From positions 1-61,891 of the IMG/VR virus record IMGVR_UViG_3300049893_001270: a stretch of 61,891 bases of DNA. One strand, given 5' to 3'. Made by a program: the position numbers and the translations under genes. Of the stretch, positions 26,329-35,292 are shown in pieces. The notes under the pieces are model-generated. The model was not told where the DNA came from. It worked only from the letters and a program-made list of their open reading frames with translations, and did not search any database. Within the stretch, counting starts at the first letter, position 1. Every line of letters begins with the position of its first letter. This DNA is from a virus. Lineage: Duplodnaviria > Caudoviricetes.

Positions 26329-27761
26329 TGCGTGTACGACAAGTCAAACTGCGCAACTTCAGATCGCACGCGAGCCTGGACGTGTCCCTGCCGGACACAG
26401 GCGTGGTTCTTGTCACGGGCGATAGTGGCTCGGGTAAGTCGAGCATCGTGTCGGCGGTTGATTGGGCTGCTCACGGCGGGTCTGGCGCACGCGTGATCCG
26501 CGTGGGCGAGTCCCAGTGTGAGGTTGTGCTGACCCTCGACACGGGTGTGATCCACCGTACCCGGACTCGTACAACTACAAAGCTGCAAGCCCGCTATGGG
26601 TCCGAGTGGCGAACGGCTACGCAGGCGCAGGAGTATATCGATCAGCACGTACTGCCGCTGCCAAAGAGCTTGTGGCGCAAGGTGCTGACCTTTTCAGAGG
26701 ACGCGGGCAATCGAGGGTTCGCCGGTACCGCGTCGGATGAAAAATACAAGCTGCTCGAAGGGCTCGCAGATGTATCCGGTGTCGTTCCCCTCGCGCTGGT
26801 CGCGGCAAAGCGGGACCATCACACACTGCGTGAAAAAAAGACCACCAAACAGATCGACGCGTCGGCGGCAACCGCAGCGATCGAAAAACTCAACGCGCTG
26901 AAGAACTCTCCGCACCGCGTGAACGCTGCACGGCAGCTCATATACGTCAAAAGCGCGGTCGAAATCATGGACGACTGGTTCGCGTACACGTCCGATCTAT
27001 CGCACAAAGTGAAAGAGAGGCAGATCGCTGCCGCACCGCAGGTACAAACATGCCCGACCTGTGGCGCGGTAACGTCTGGCGGGAGCGTGGCCGCGCATTC
27101 CCCATACGTTACCGACCATCTCGTGCGTCGCATGATGCGCCACGTAGCGATGAAGCGAACGAACGCGCTGTCTGCCTTGGCGCACGTAAAAAACACGCTG
27201 CGGCAGCTCACTGCCGACATCGACAGTCAGTTGGACGATCTATTCGACAAGGCTCTCTCAGCTTCCACCGAGGCAGAGAAGCTGTCCACCGATCTCGTCT
27301 ACGTAGACGAGTGCGTTCGTGCACTGTCCAGCAGCGGACTACGCGCCCACATGGTGAGTATGACCCTCTCTGCCATGTCCGACCTGACCAATCGATATCT
27401 GGCGATCCTTTTTCCGAGCGTACAGGTACGGTTCGAGATCGACGCGTCGCTGGACTCTCGCCCGATCGTTACTCGCATCGAGGGGCACTCGCTGGGGGTC
27501 AACGACATCGACGATATGTCACGCGGCGAGCGTCGGCGCGTACAGGTTGCCAGTGCATTGGCGTTGGCGGACTTCGCGCGCAGTCAGACCATGTTTCTCG
27601 ACGAGGTAGCGGACGGCGTGGACGCCACCAACGTTGGTCTTATGGCAGACGCGATCCATCAGGCCGCGTCCGACCGCTGCGTTGTTGTTATCACGCACAA
27701 CCCAAACCTGATCGCCGCCCTGTCCGGCAGGCACAGCCACCACATCAGGCTATCGCCATGA
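26328..27761 (+). CDS. sbcC: SbcC/Rad50-like ABC ATPase (short coiled coil)
   Basis: NFRSH, GDSGSGKS, zinc hook CPTC, signature MSRGE, FLDE, ITH. Confidence 0.88.
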   Translation: MRVRQVKLRNFRSHASLDVSLPDTGVVLVTGDSGSGKSSIVSAVDWAAHGGSGARVIRVGESQCEVVLTLDTGVIHRTRTRTTTKLQARYGSEWRTATQAQEYIDQHVLPLPKSLWRKVLTFSEDAGNRGFAGTASDEKYKLLEGLADVSGVVPLALVAAKRDHHTLREKKTTKQIDASAATAAIEKLNALKNSPHRVNAARQLIYVKSAVEIMDDWFAYTSDLSHKVKERQIAAAPQVQTCPTCGAVTSGGSVAAHSPYVTDHLVRRMMRHVAMKRTNALSALAHVKNTLRQLTADIDSQLDDLFDKALSASTEAEKLSTDLVYVDECVRALSSSGLRAHMVSMTLSAMSDLTNRYLAILFPSVQVRFEIDASLDSRPIVTRIEGHSLGVNDIDDMSRGERRRVQVASALALADFARSQTMFLDEVADGVDATNVGLMADAIHQAASDRCVVVITHNPNLIAALSGRHSHHIRLSP

Positions 27762-28594
27762 CAATGGATACGTTCGATGTGGGAGAGGTAGAAAGACAGC
27801 CTGGGCTCACGCTTCGCCAATCACGCGACGTGACACGCATCGCCAACTCGATGTTGGCAGACTTTCTGTACGCTAACGATGGGACGTCGAACATCTGGTA
27901 CAGCGGGCTGCACGCCATCTCGAACGCTACGATTCACTCGCTACACGAGGGCGCGCGCTACTTTTATCGATTTCCAAATTCAGACATCAGCACGCGCAGC
28001 CATTCGCGGGCGTTCGGCAGCTTCGACGAGTTGTCCAAGCTGATCTACTACACGTCAGCGGTCATGTTCGGTGACGTGGTCCACCCGGACACGTACTTCA
28101 CGACACCGACCGGCCCTATGATCGCTCGATGGGCGGTCATCCCCTCGCACCGTATGCGGACGTACGGGTATCACCCTAACCAGCGCAGTCTTAGGGTGCT
28201 GCTGCCCGCGATCACGGCGTCTGTCGATCCGATCCCATCGCGCGGGGCGTACCCGCTCCCGTGCTGGTACGCGGCTAAGACGCACAAAGAGCTGGCAGAC
28301 ATGATGTATACCGTGTCGGTCGATACGTTTCGGTCGGACATACTGCGCCTGCTCTCGCACAATCTGCGGTTCTTCGCGCACGATCTCATGTCGCACGTCC
28401 CATTGAACCCTGGGGAGTCCCCGTATTTGTGCCTTCGTAAATCACGCGACGACGGTATTACGGATCACCCGCTAACTGCGTACAAGTTCGAGCGATGGGT
28501 TGCTGGACACCGCGGGGTGTTCGCTGGTGTCTGTGAATATCTAGCCGATCTGTTCGACACGGCTAGAATATCCGTTGACCTCAAAAGGATGTAA
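27758..28594 (+). CDS. hypothetical protein
   Basis: ATGA-coupled 278-aa ORF. Confidence 0.6.
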   Translation: MTMDTFDVGEVERQPGLTLRQSRDVTRIANSMLADFLYANDGTSNIWYSGLHAISNATIHSLHEGARYFYRFPNSDISTRSHSRAFGSFDELSKLIYYTSAVMFGDVVHPDTYFTTPTGPMIARWAVIPSHRMRTYGYHPNQRSLRVLLPAITASVDPIPSRGAYPLPCWYAAKTHKELADMMYTVSVDTFRSDILRLLSHNLRFFAHDLMSHVPLNPGESPYLCLRKSRDDGITDHPLTAYKFERWVAGHRGVFAGVCEYLADLFDTARISVDLKRM

Positions 28595-28596
28595 CC

Positions 28597-29250
28597 GTGC
28601 TCACAAACAAAACTGTCATCGGAGATGTCGTGGTTGGCACCGTCAACCCGGCAGAGCTTCTCAAACGCCGCCAGAACTTCCGCAGCATGACCCCCAAGGA
28701 GCGCAACGCACTACGCGCTTCGATCGTTAAGTACGGGTTCAAGTCATTCATCCTCGTGCGGGAGCGCGCCGACGGGTTCGAGATCATCGACGGCCACCAT
28801 CGCACTTCGATCGCGGGGGAGCTCGGCATCGCGCAGATCCCAGCGGTCGTGCTCGGTCCTGACCAAGACGCAGGCGCGGTGGATCTCGCCATGCTTTCGT
28901 TCAACGTGCACGCGCAGCCCGTCGCAGACCAGATGTTCGCCTTTCTCAAAGAGATCGCTGAGTCTGGCACGAGCTCGACAGAGATCGCTGCGCTGACGGG
29001 GATGGACGATACCTTCGTGACCGCGCTGCTGGACGCAGCCGTGGCGTCCCCGACGCCGATCGAAACGTCCCCTGACCCCGCGCCGCGTCCTGACCTGCCC
29101 GCTACCTCCGAGTCCAAGCCTGCGACTGCGCCGCAGGACAAGTCTACGTACTTGGAGTTTTTCAAGTCTCGATATGGCGTCACTTCGACGAGTGAAGCCA
29201 CGCAGCGCGCTATGGCAGAGCTGTACGAGATGCTCGTGCTGGGCGACTGA
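28597..29250 (+). CDS. ParB/Srx-like N-terminal domain protein (paralog 2)
   Basis: LRASIVKYGFKSFILVRE..DGFEIIDGHHR. Confidence 0.85.
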   Translation: MLTNKTVIGDVVVGTVNPAELLKRRQNFRSMTPKERNALRASIVKYGFKSFILVRERADGFEIIDGHHRTSIAGELGIAQIPAVVLGPDQDAGAVDLAMLSFNVHAQPVADQMFAFLKEIAESGTSSTEIAALTGMDDTFVTALLDAAVASPTPIETSPDPAPRPDLPATSESKPATAPQDKSTYLEFFKSRYGVTSTSEATQRAMAELYEMLVLGD

Positions 29251-29256
29251 TTTCAG

Positions 29257-29285
29257 TTGCAGTCACTTCACGCTCGGTTTATCAC
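29257..29285 (+). promoter_or_regulatory. possible sigma70-type promoter
   Basis: TTGCAG-17 nt-TATCAC upstream of the AAGGAG RBS of the XRE gene. Confidence 0.3.
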
Positions 29286-29305
29286 CTTTCGCAAAGGAGC
29301 CACAC

Positions 29306-29830
29306 ATGCGTCCGTTTGGAAAGTTCGTTCGCGAAATTCGCGTCAATCACGGTCTGACTTTGGCGCAACTCGCCAAGAAAATCGGCATCACTGCTGGGTA
29401 TCTTTCTCAGTTGGAGCGCAGCGATACCGCGGTCATCACTGACCGCAAGATGCTGCTCGCTCTCGCTCGCGCGACAAACACGCCGTTGACGCGTGTCGCG
29501 ATGCGCGCGTTTCAGTCCAGCGGGCACGCTCCGCTGCCGGTACTCAAGCGCGCCAACAAGGCCAGCGATCTGGCCGTGAAGCTCTCCCTCAACTGGGAGA
29601 ACCTCACCGACGCCGCGCTGGACGAGATCGACAAGATCGTCAGTATGCTGACCCCGAGCGTCCCCGCTGACATCGCGCCGGTTTCCGAGGATGCGGCTGC
29701 CCCGACCCTGGATCTGGTCGATCCGCCCAGCACCACGGGCATCAACGGCTTGGTCATCGACGGGACGACCGATGCCCCGCGCCCGGTCATGGCTGAGATG
29801 GCTGTCATCCACGCGTCCCCCGCTGAGTGA
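29306..29830 (+). CDS. XRE-family HTH transcriptional regulator
   Basis: FGKFVREIR...GLTLAQLAKKIGITAGYLSQLER. Confidence 0.85.
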   Translation: MRPFGKFVREIRVNHGLTLAQLAKKIGITAGYLSQLERSDTAVITDRKMLLALARATNTPLTRVAMRAFQSSGHAPLPVLKRANKASDLAVKLSLNWENLTDAALDEIDKIVSMLTPSVPADIAPVSEDAAAPTLDLVDPPSTTGINGLVIDGTTDAPRPVMAEMAVIHASPAE

Positions 29831-29835
29831 CATCA

Positions 29836-30249
29836 ATGGAAAAGGGCGCTGAAAAAAAGAAGCGCGTCCTTTCCGGTCGAGGCAGGCGGGCAAAAGGGGC
29901 GGGGTTCGAGCGTGAGATCGCGCACGCCCTGGCCGACCTGTTTCCGCACGCCAAGCGTGGGCTAGGACAAGCGCGAGCGGGGAACGAAGTCCCTGACGTG
30001 ACCGGCACCGACTACTGGATCGAGTGCAAACGACAAAAACAGCCGAACATTCGGCGGGCGTACAAGCAGGCTACCGACGCCACCGCTTCTACACCGAACC
30101 CGGACTACAAAGACCGCCCCGTGGTGGTCGTTACCCAAGCCAACGCCGAGAAGGCGCTCGTAACAGTCTCGCTAGACCTCTTCCTCACGCTGCTGCGAAA
30201 GGCCACCGAGCATGACGATGACCGAGCGCCGGTATCTGCCGGTTCTTGA
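29836..30249 (+). CDS. PD-(D/E)xK Holliday junction resolvase-like nuclease
   Basis: KGAGFERE.A, PD, IECKR. Confidence 0.8.
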   Translation: MEKGAEKKKRVLSGRGRRAKGAGFEREIAHALADLFPHAKRGLGQARAGNEVPDVTGTDYWIECKRQKQPNIRRAYKQATDATASTPNPDYKDRPVVVVTQANAEKALVTVSLDLFLTLLRKATEHDDDRAPVSAGS

Positions 30250-30790
30250 TGGTGCCCCGCCGCACACCCGCCGACACCACGCACCAAAAGTTCGCGCGCG
30301 TACCGAAAACATGAACAGATATTCCAAGCGCAAGCTGGAATACTGGCGTGTGAGGCGGTTGGAAATGGCAGAGTCCGACGATTTCGGTGACGTGCACCCG
30401 CCGACTACCTACGGCGACTGCCAAGCTCTTGGTCTTGGCACCAAAGAAAACCCGTGCCCCTGGGCGCGCTGCAAGCACAACTTGGCGATCGACGTGAACC
30501 CAGAGAACGGGTCGATCACCACGCGATTTCCTGACAAGGACATCGACGAACTCGACGCGACGTGCGCGATCCGCCAAGCAGAAGAGGGGCCGTTGCACCT
30601 CTGGCGCGTGGGGGAGCTTATGAACATCACGAGAGAACGCGTGCGACAGATTGAAGCCGTCGCACTGAAAAAAGCAGCCAGAAACAACGCCGCGCTGCGT
30701 GAGATCCTTCTCGATTTTCTCGAAGAAGATCACACATGCGCCGCGTCGGCTACCGTGGCGGCTATCCGTGCAAAGCGCGGCGTCAAATAG
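30212..30790 (+). CDS. Cys-rich sigma70 region-4 DNA-binding protein
   Basis: P.T..DC, PCPWARCKHNL.IDV, TCA, VGELMNITRERVRQIE. Confidence 0.8.
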   Translation: MTMTERRYLPVLDGAPPHTRRHHAPKVRARTENMNRYSKRKLEYWRVRRLEMAESDDFGDVHPPTTYGDCQALGLGTKENPCPWARCKHNLAIDVNPENGSITTRFPDKDIDELDATCAIRQAEEGPLHLWRVGELMNITRERVRQIEAVALKKAARNNAALREILLDFLEEDHTCAASATVAAIRAKRGVK

Positions 30791-31061
30791 CTTCTGTCAG
30801 TGTTGCGGCACTGACTTCGTAATCGAGTGCGGGCTCTGTGTTTTTTGCTTTATGGTGTGTCCGCACATACACCATGAGTGGGGGGTCGAGGCGCATCTTC
30901 ACCTGCGCCGGATCACGTATCACGTTGCGCGGGATCGTCTGATCTTGTGCGGGTTTACCGCGCAAGAAGCAGGGGATGCGGTGCGCCGTGGTCTTGCCGC
31001 GTACGCTATTAGAAGCGCCGACTCACTCACTCACTGCGACATCACAAAATGGAGCCGCTAA
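30768..31061 (+). CDS. hypothetical Cys-rich protein
   Basis: FCQCC...CGLCVFC; start uncertain. Confidence 0.4.
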   Translation: MQSAASNSFCQCCGTDFVIECGLCVFCFMVCPHIHHEWGVEAHLHLRRITYHVARDRLILCGFTAQEAGDAVRRGLAAYAIRSADSLTHCDITKWSR

Positions 31062-31294
31062 TGCGATCGAAACGCAAGCTAGACATGCGCGCCGCCGCCC
31101 GACACATCGGGCTGGCTGCGATGTGTCAATCATCCGCGGTTGCGACCTTTTTCTCCATCTGCACGTCCAACCAACCGCTTTGGGTCGTCTTCGTTGGCTA
31201 CACGATTATGACCGCGCTGTTGTTTGCGGCGCTGATGTTGATGGCGCTGGCTATCGCAACCATGATCGGCGGCTCCCATGCAGGCTCCGACTAG
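31049..31294 (+). CDS. small membrane protein
   Basis: two hydrophobic segments. Confidence 0.5.
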   Translation: MEPLMRSKRKLDMRAAARHIGLAAMCQSSAVATFFSICTSNQPLWVVFVGYTIMTALLFAALMLMALAIATMIGGSHAGSD

Positions 31295-31562
31295 CCCGCT
31301 GACCCCGTCACAACAGCGCGTGTACGACTTCATCAAGGCGTACATGGAGCAACACAAGTACGCGCCAACCTACCGGGAGATCGCCGCCGGGATTGGCGTT
31401 CGCAGCACAAACGGCATCGCGGACCTGCTGCTGTTGATGGAGCGCAAAGGTTGGCTCAAACGCGGTGTGAACCGCGCGCGCACCATCGTGCTGTGGGAGC
31501 ACGCCACCCCAACCACAGGTGACCCCGACAATGCTGACGCTGTTCAACAGCAGCACACTTGA
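31278..31562 (+). CDS. LexA N-terminal DNA-binding domain-only protein
   Basis: LTPSQQRVYDFI...YAPTYREIA...G..S...L..MERKGWL.R....ARTI; no S24 peptidase domain. Confidence 0.85.
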   Translation: MQAPTSPLTPSQQRVYDFIKAYMEQHKYAPTYREIAAGIGVRSTNGIADLLLLMERKGWLKRGVNRARTIVLWEHATPTTGDPDNADAVQQQHT

Positions 31563-31689
31563 GTGGACTGCGCTGGTTTTCGCAGGAGTGATGCTTGAAC
31601 GGGGGCACTACGCAGTGGCTATGGCCTGCGTCTTTGTTGCAGTGCTCTGCACATGGGAACCGCCACACAACGCAGACGAGGACAACTAA
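31531..31689 (+). CDS. small membrane protein (52 aa)
   Basis: MLTLFNSSTLEWTALVFAGVMLERGHYAVAMACVFVAVLC...; TAATG coupling. Confidence 0.45.
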   Translation: MLTLFNSSTLEWTALVFAGVMLERGHYAVAMACVFVAVLCTWEPPHNADEDN

Positions 31690-31832
31690 TGCGCGCCGCT
31701 TTCGTACTCTTTTTTGCACTGGCCGGGTGCGCCCCCAACGTGGAGCCAACATGCCCTGTCGGGCAATGCTGGGTAAACGGGTACCACCGCTCGGATGGGC
31801 GCTACGTCAACGGATACTGTCGGCGCTGCTAG
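31689..31832 (+). CDS. small lipoprotein (47 aa)
   Basis: MRAAFVLFFALAG|C lipobox; VNGYHRSDGRYVNGY. Confidence 0.65.
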   Translation: MRAAFVLFFALAGCAPNVEPTCPVGQCWVNGYHRSDGRYVNGYCRRC

Positions 31833-31835
31833 CCC

Positions 31836-32120
31836 ATGACGTGCGAAGAAAAGGACGCCCTTCTGTCGCTGCTGGCGCTGCATGGGTTTGTGGTCACACA
31901 CCAAGACGCAGGGTCGGTCGTTATTCGTGGGCTGCACAAATTCGGCGGTCTGCCGAGATACACCAAGCTCGTCCTGCGGGTTAAACACCGCCGTAAAGGC
32001 GATGTCTGGCACATCACAGACATTACCGCCTCGGCACATCAACGCTACCGCATCTACGACGCCAACCAGATCATCGACAAGCTGTTTCCACGGGAGGCAG
32101 ACCACAATGCCAACACCTGA
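31836..32120 (+). CDS. hypothetical protein
   Basis: 94-aa ORF in operon. Confidence 0.5.
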   Translation: MTCEEKDALLSLLALHGFVVTHQDAGSVVIRGLHKFGGLPRYTKLVLRVKHRRKGDVWHITDITASAHQRYRIYDANQIIDKLFPREADHNANT

Positions 32121-32520
32121 TCTTCAAATCAGGCTCGATGCGTGGGCCAAGCGACACGTCACCATCGGCGCGCCTGGGCACCAGCACCTTCTGACTCTCG
32201 AAGGTGCGGGTGCGCGGAATGGCAGCGCGCACTTCGTGGATTTTCTATACGCGTTCGTGCGTCCTGGCGCTGACCCACGCGCAAAGTGGCGGGGCACTCG
32301 GCCGCGTCTGAGCGAGCTCGACCGCACGGTACCCTCGGTATTCGAGGCTGGTGATCGCGCACAGCCGCGCCCGGTGGTGGCCCTCGCTGCATCGCGGCGC
32401 GACGATTGCCGATACGTTCCTATCGACGTGTGTCGCTGGCGCAACCCCAAGCACCGCGCCGAGCTGACCCGCCGAGCGCGCGAGCTCGCCGCAGCGGTGC
32501 GAAAAGCGAGAGGTGAGTAA
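32107..32520 (+). CDS. hypothetical protein
   Basis: GGAGG RBS; TAATG coupling. Confidence 0.55.
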   Translation: MPTPDLQIRLDAWAKRHVTIGAPGHQHLLTLEGAGARNGSAHFVDFLYAFVRPGADPRAKWRGTRPRLSELDRTVPSVFEAGDRAQPRPVVALAASRRDDCRYVPIDVCRWRNPKHRAELTRRARELAAAVRKARGE

Positions 32521-32990
32521 TGGCTAACAACATGACAGTCAGCGAGGCGCTGGAGATCGTCAAGCAGCAGATGCGCATTTGGTGCGATCAGTGCGACGAA
32601 GAGACGGGCGAGCAATGCCCCGAGACTCCCGTGTGGAAGCTCACGAATTCCAAGCACAACACTCGATCGCTGTGGTGTGAAAAACACAAGCCATCCAGGC
32701 GTCACTACGCGGACTTTATCGACCCCTACAAAGGCGCGGCTGCGTTCGCTGTGCTTGTGGAAAAGATCGAGTCTACTTCCGCACCTTCACCCGACGCCGT
32801 CACGACGGCCGTCGAGTCAGAGCGTAAAGCATGTGCATCGGTCGCTGACGATCTTGCCAATATGTATGCGGAGAGCCGCGAGGTTCACCGCACGCGTGGC
32901 GATAAAGTCACCGTCATGCTCAACGCCGCAAAGAACGCGTGCGCCCAGGACATTGCACGCGCGATTCGCAAACGTGGAGTGACGCGATGA
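32520..32990 (+). CDS. hypothetical protein with ER-x-ACA...IA-x-AIR C-terminal module
   Basis: CDQC, WCEKH; ERKACASVA...IARAIRKR. Confidence 0.6.
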   Translation: MANNMTVSEALEIVKQQMRIWCDQCDEETGEQCPETPVWKLTNSKHNTRSLWCEKHKPSRRHYADFIDPYKGAAAFAVLVEKIESTSAPSPDAVTTAVESERKACASVADDLANMYAESREVHRTRGDKVTVMLNAAKNACAQDIARAIRKRGVTR

Positions 32991-33388
32991 AGTTCGAGTG
33001 GGCAGAGCTCGCCCCCGGCCGGTACTCCGCGGTCGTCGGAGACTGGACGCTGGTAGCGTGGACCGCGGCGCACGACAACGCGCACAGAGGGGCCGTGCAG
33101 CTTGAAGGCGTCGAGGTGCTCAGGGCGCGTTTCGCCTCGCTCGACGAGGCGAAAGCCGTGGCGGAGCGGTGGGTGCGTGAGTACGTCGCACCGTTCGTCG
33201 AGGCTGCTGTCGCGGCAGAGCGGGCGGCGTGCGCGAAGATCGCGGGGGATATCGCGGAGAACAACCTCACCGCGCTCAATCGCCTGTTCGACCCGTCGAA
33301 TGCAACAGTGCGGGTCGTCGAGGCGCGCATCGAAACCGCCAACGGCATCGCGCAGGCGATCCGCGCGCGAAGGGACGGTGCGAGGTGA
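32987..33388 (+). CDS. hypothetical protein with ER-x-ACA...IA-x-AIR C-terminal module
   Basis: ERAACAKIA...IAQAIRAR. Confidence 0.6.
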   Translation: MKFEWAELAPGRYSAVVGDWTLVAWTAAHDNAHRGAVQLEGVEVLRARFASLDEAKAVAERWVREYVAPFVEAAVAAERAACAKIAGDIAENNLTALNRLFDPSNATVRVVEARIETANGIAQAIRARRDGAR

Positions 33389-33431
33389 TCGCTTGTTCAA
33401 GGTGGGGCTGTAAAGCATAGAAAGAACAACG

Positions 33432-33902
33432 ATGAAAAAATCACTCGGCAAACTGATCGCATCCGCAGGCGCAGTCATCCGCAACCTGGGCATCGACATC
33501 GAGAACCTTGGCGATGCTCTGCCACGGCTGGTTCTGGTAGACAGCTTGGATCTGGCCCGGTGGAAAAAGTGTGAGCAAGAGCTGTCAGCAACCCGTGTAG
33601 AGCTGATGCGCATGGAAAAAGAGCTGGACGACAAACGCGCCGCCGACGGAGTATCCCAAGACGACTGGCGTAAGATCGCGATGCAGGCACGCGCCGAGAT
33701 CGAGGTGCACAGGGCTACGCTTCGGCTTGTAGCATGGTCGTTGTTGAACCCACGCGCACCAATAGTGTTGAAAAACAGTCATGCGGCGAGCACAGTGTCC
33801 AACAACGCGTGCGAACTGCGCGACAAGATGGGCGAGACGGACAATCTGTTCTCGCGCAACGACATTGCCGTCATGTACTCAGCACGCGACGTGTTGCCGT
33901 AA
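33432..33902 (+). CDS. hypothetical coiled-coil protein
   Basis: 156 aa. Confidence 0.55.
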   Translation: MKKSLGKLIASAGAVIRNLGIDIENLGDALPRLVLVDSLDLARWKKCEQELSATRVELMRMEKELDDKRAADGVSQDDWRKIAMQARAEIEVHRATLRLVAWSLLNPRAPIVLKNSHAASTVSNNACELRDKMGETDNLFSRNDIAVMYSARDVLP

Positions 33903-33918
33903 AACAAAAGGCCGATCG

Positions 33919-34194
33919 ATGACCCCGTTTATCGCAAAACTCGTGTTCGCCGTGGGGTTCGGCATGTACCTGCTGGGGTGGTACTTGCTTGGGTGCTCCA
34001 GGGCTGTCCTGGCGCAGTCAACTGACGTGCTCAATCGTGCGAAATACTTCCACGACGAAGCCAACGCGCGGTCAGAGAGTATTTCGCGCATGTTGAGCCA
34101 GTACGCGGACCACGCAAAGGCGTTCGAACAATACGAGTTTGGCGCTGCCATGCGCGCGAACGCAGTTATGCGCGAAAAGGACCGGGAATCGTGA
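33919..34194 (+). CDS. membrane-anchored hypothetical protein
   Basis: N-terminal hydrophobic helix. Confidence 0.5.
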   Translation: MTPFIAKLVFAVGFGMYLLGWYLLGCSRAVLAQSTDVLNRAKYFHDEANARSESISRMLSQYADHAKAFEQYEFGAAMRANAVMREKDRES

Positions 34195-34405
34195 GCGGCC
34201 CGAGATCACGCAAGGTCGTCGCACGCCGAATCAAACACGTTCGCAGTGAGCAAAAATTCGACCGCCAGTACAGCTACAGAGACGCGCGTCGAGATGAGCG
34301 CGGTTTTATTAGGAGGCAGCGTGAAAGGTCTGGCTAGCCTAATCGGCACGATCATTGGCGTAGCGATGGGTGCCATCGCGCGTCTGAAAACAAGGACCGC
34401 GGCCA

Positions 34406-34810
34406 ATGCCCTACCGTGAACTAGGGGACAATGGCCCGCACTACGAAAGGATGCCACGCATGGGTGACTCAGCTCCGTTCGCATGGACCGTCGTACTCGT
34501 TTTGGTGATCGCGATGATCGTGGAAGTGTGCGGCGAGCACCCTCCCACGCCCGACGTGCGCGTACCGGCGCGTATCACTGTGATCGACTATGACAAAGTG
34601 ACGATGCCGACAGGCAACCCGCGCGCCCCGCTGACGCAGCTCAGGTCTGCTATCCACGTCGTCCAGCTCGACACGCACATCTACGCGCACGCGACCGAGC
34701 GGCAGCTACGTGGGCTACGTCTGTGGCAGTGCGTCTGGGTTCGGTGGAACACCGATCGTCTTCAGTGGGACTACGAGTCCCCGGCGGTGCCCGCTGCGTG
34801 CCTGGATTAG
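34406..34810 (+). CDS. membrane-anchored hypothetical protein
   Basis: FAWTVVLVLVIAMIV TM; last gene of the plus block, overlaps the convergent gene. Confidence 0.5.
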   Translation: MPYRELGDNGPHYERMPRMGDSAPFAWTVVLVLVIAMIVEVCGEHPPTPDVRVPARITVIDYDKVTMPTGNPRAPLTQLRSAIHVVQLDTHIYAHATERQLRGLRLWQCVWVRWNTDRLQWDYESPAVPAACLD

Positions 34811-35262
34811 CCAGAGCACTCGCCAGCGAGCACTGCTTCAATCCGGTGCGCCAGCCTACGCACCTCGCGCCAGTAGGCCACCCCCTGCCGCGCTACCAAT
34901 GGCGAGGATGACCGACGCGAGTCGCACAACCCCGTGCGAAACCGCGTAACCGCCCCCTCGACCGACCCGCACACCGCAAACGATCGATCCAACGCACGCG
35001 CGGCGTGGAGATGCGTACCCGGTGTGTGCCGGTGCGCCGAGTCGATCGGTGCACCCCAATCCGCCTCATCGCAACCAAGGTGAGTCTCCTTGAACGCGAC
35101 AGCAGCGATGACCTCTTTCGGTACGTTCGGAGACGCGGCGTGCGCGGCGTCAAGCTGCGCACCAATTCGAGTCTGGTTGCGCTCGATACACGCGCGATTG
35201 TCCCTACTCATGTAGGGGTAGATCGCGAGAATGGCGCGAACGATCATAATTCCGGCAGTCAT
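34807..35262 (-). CDS. lysozyme-like/lytic transglycosylase (SLT-like) protein
   Basis: hydrophobic N-terminus; VPKEVIAAVAFKET catalytic-Glu helix; AAR.L....CGS. Confidence 0.5.
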   Translation of the reverse strand: MTAGIMIVRAILAIYPYMSRDNRACIERNQTRIGAQLDAAHAASPNVPKEVIAAVAFKETHLGCDEADWGAPIDSAHRHTPGTHLHAARALDRSFAVCGSVEGAVTRFRTGLCDSRRSSSPLVARQGVAYWREVRRLAHRIEAVLAGECSG

Positions 35263-35292
35263 GCCGGTGGCATAGCAGCGAAGTTACCAACC

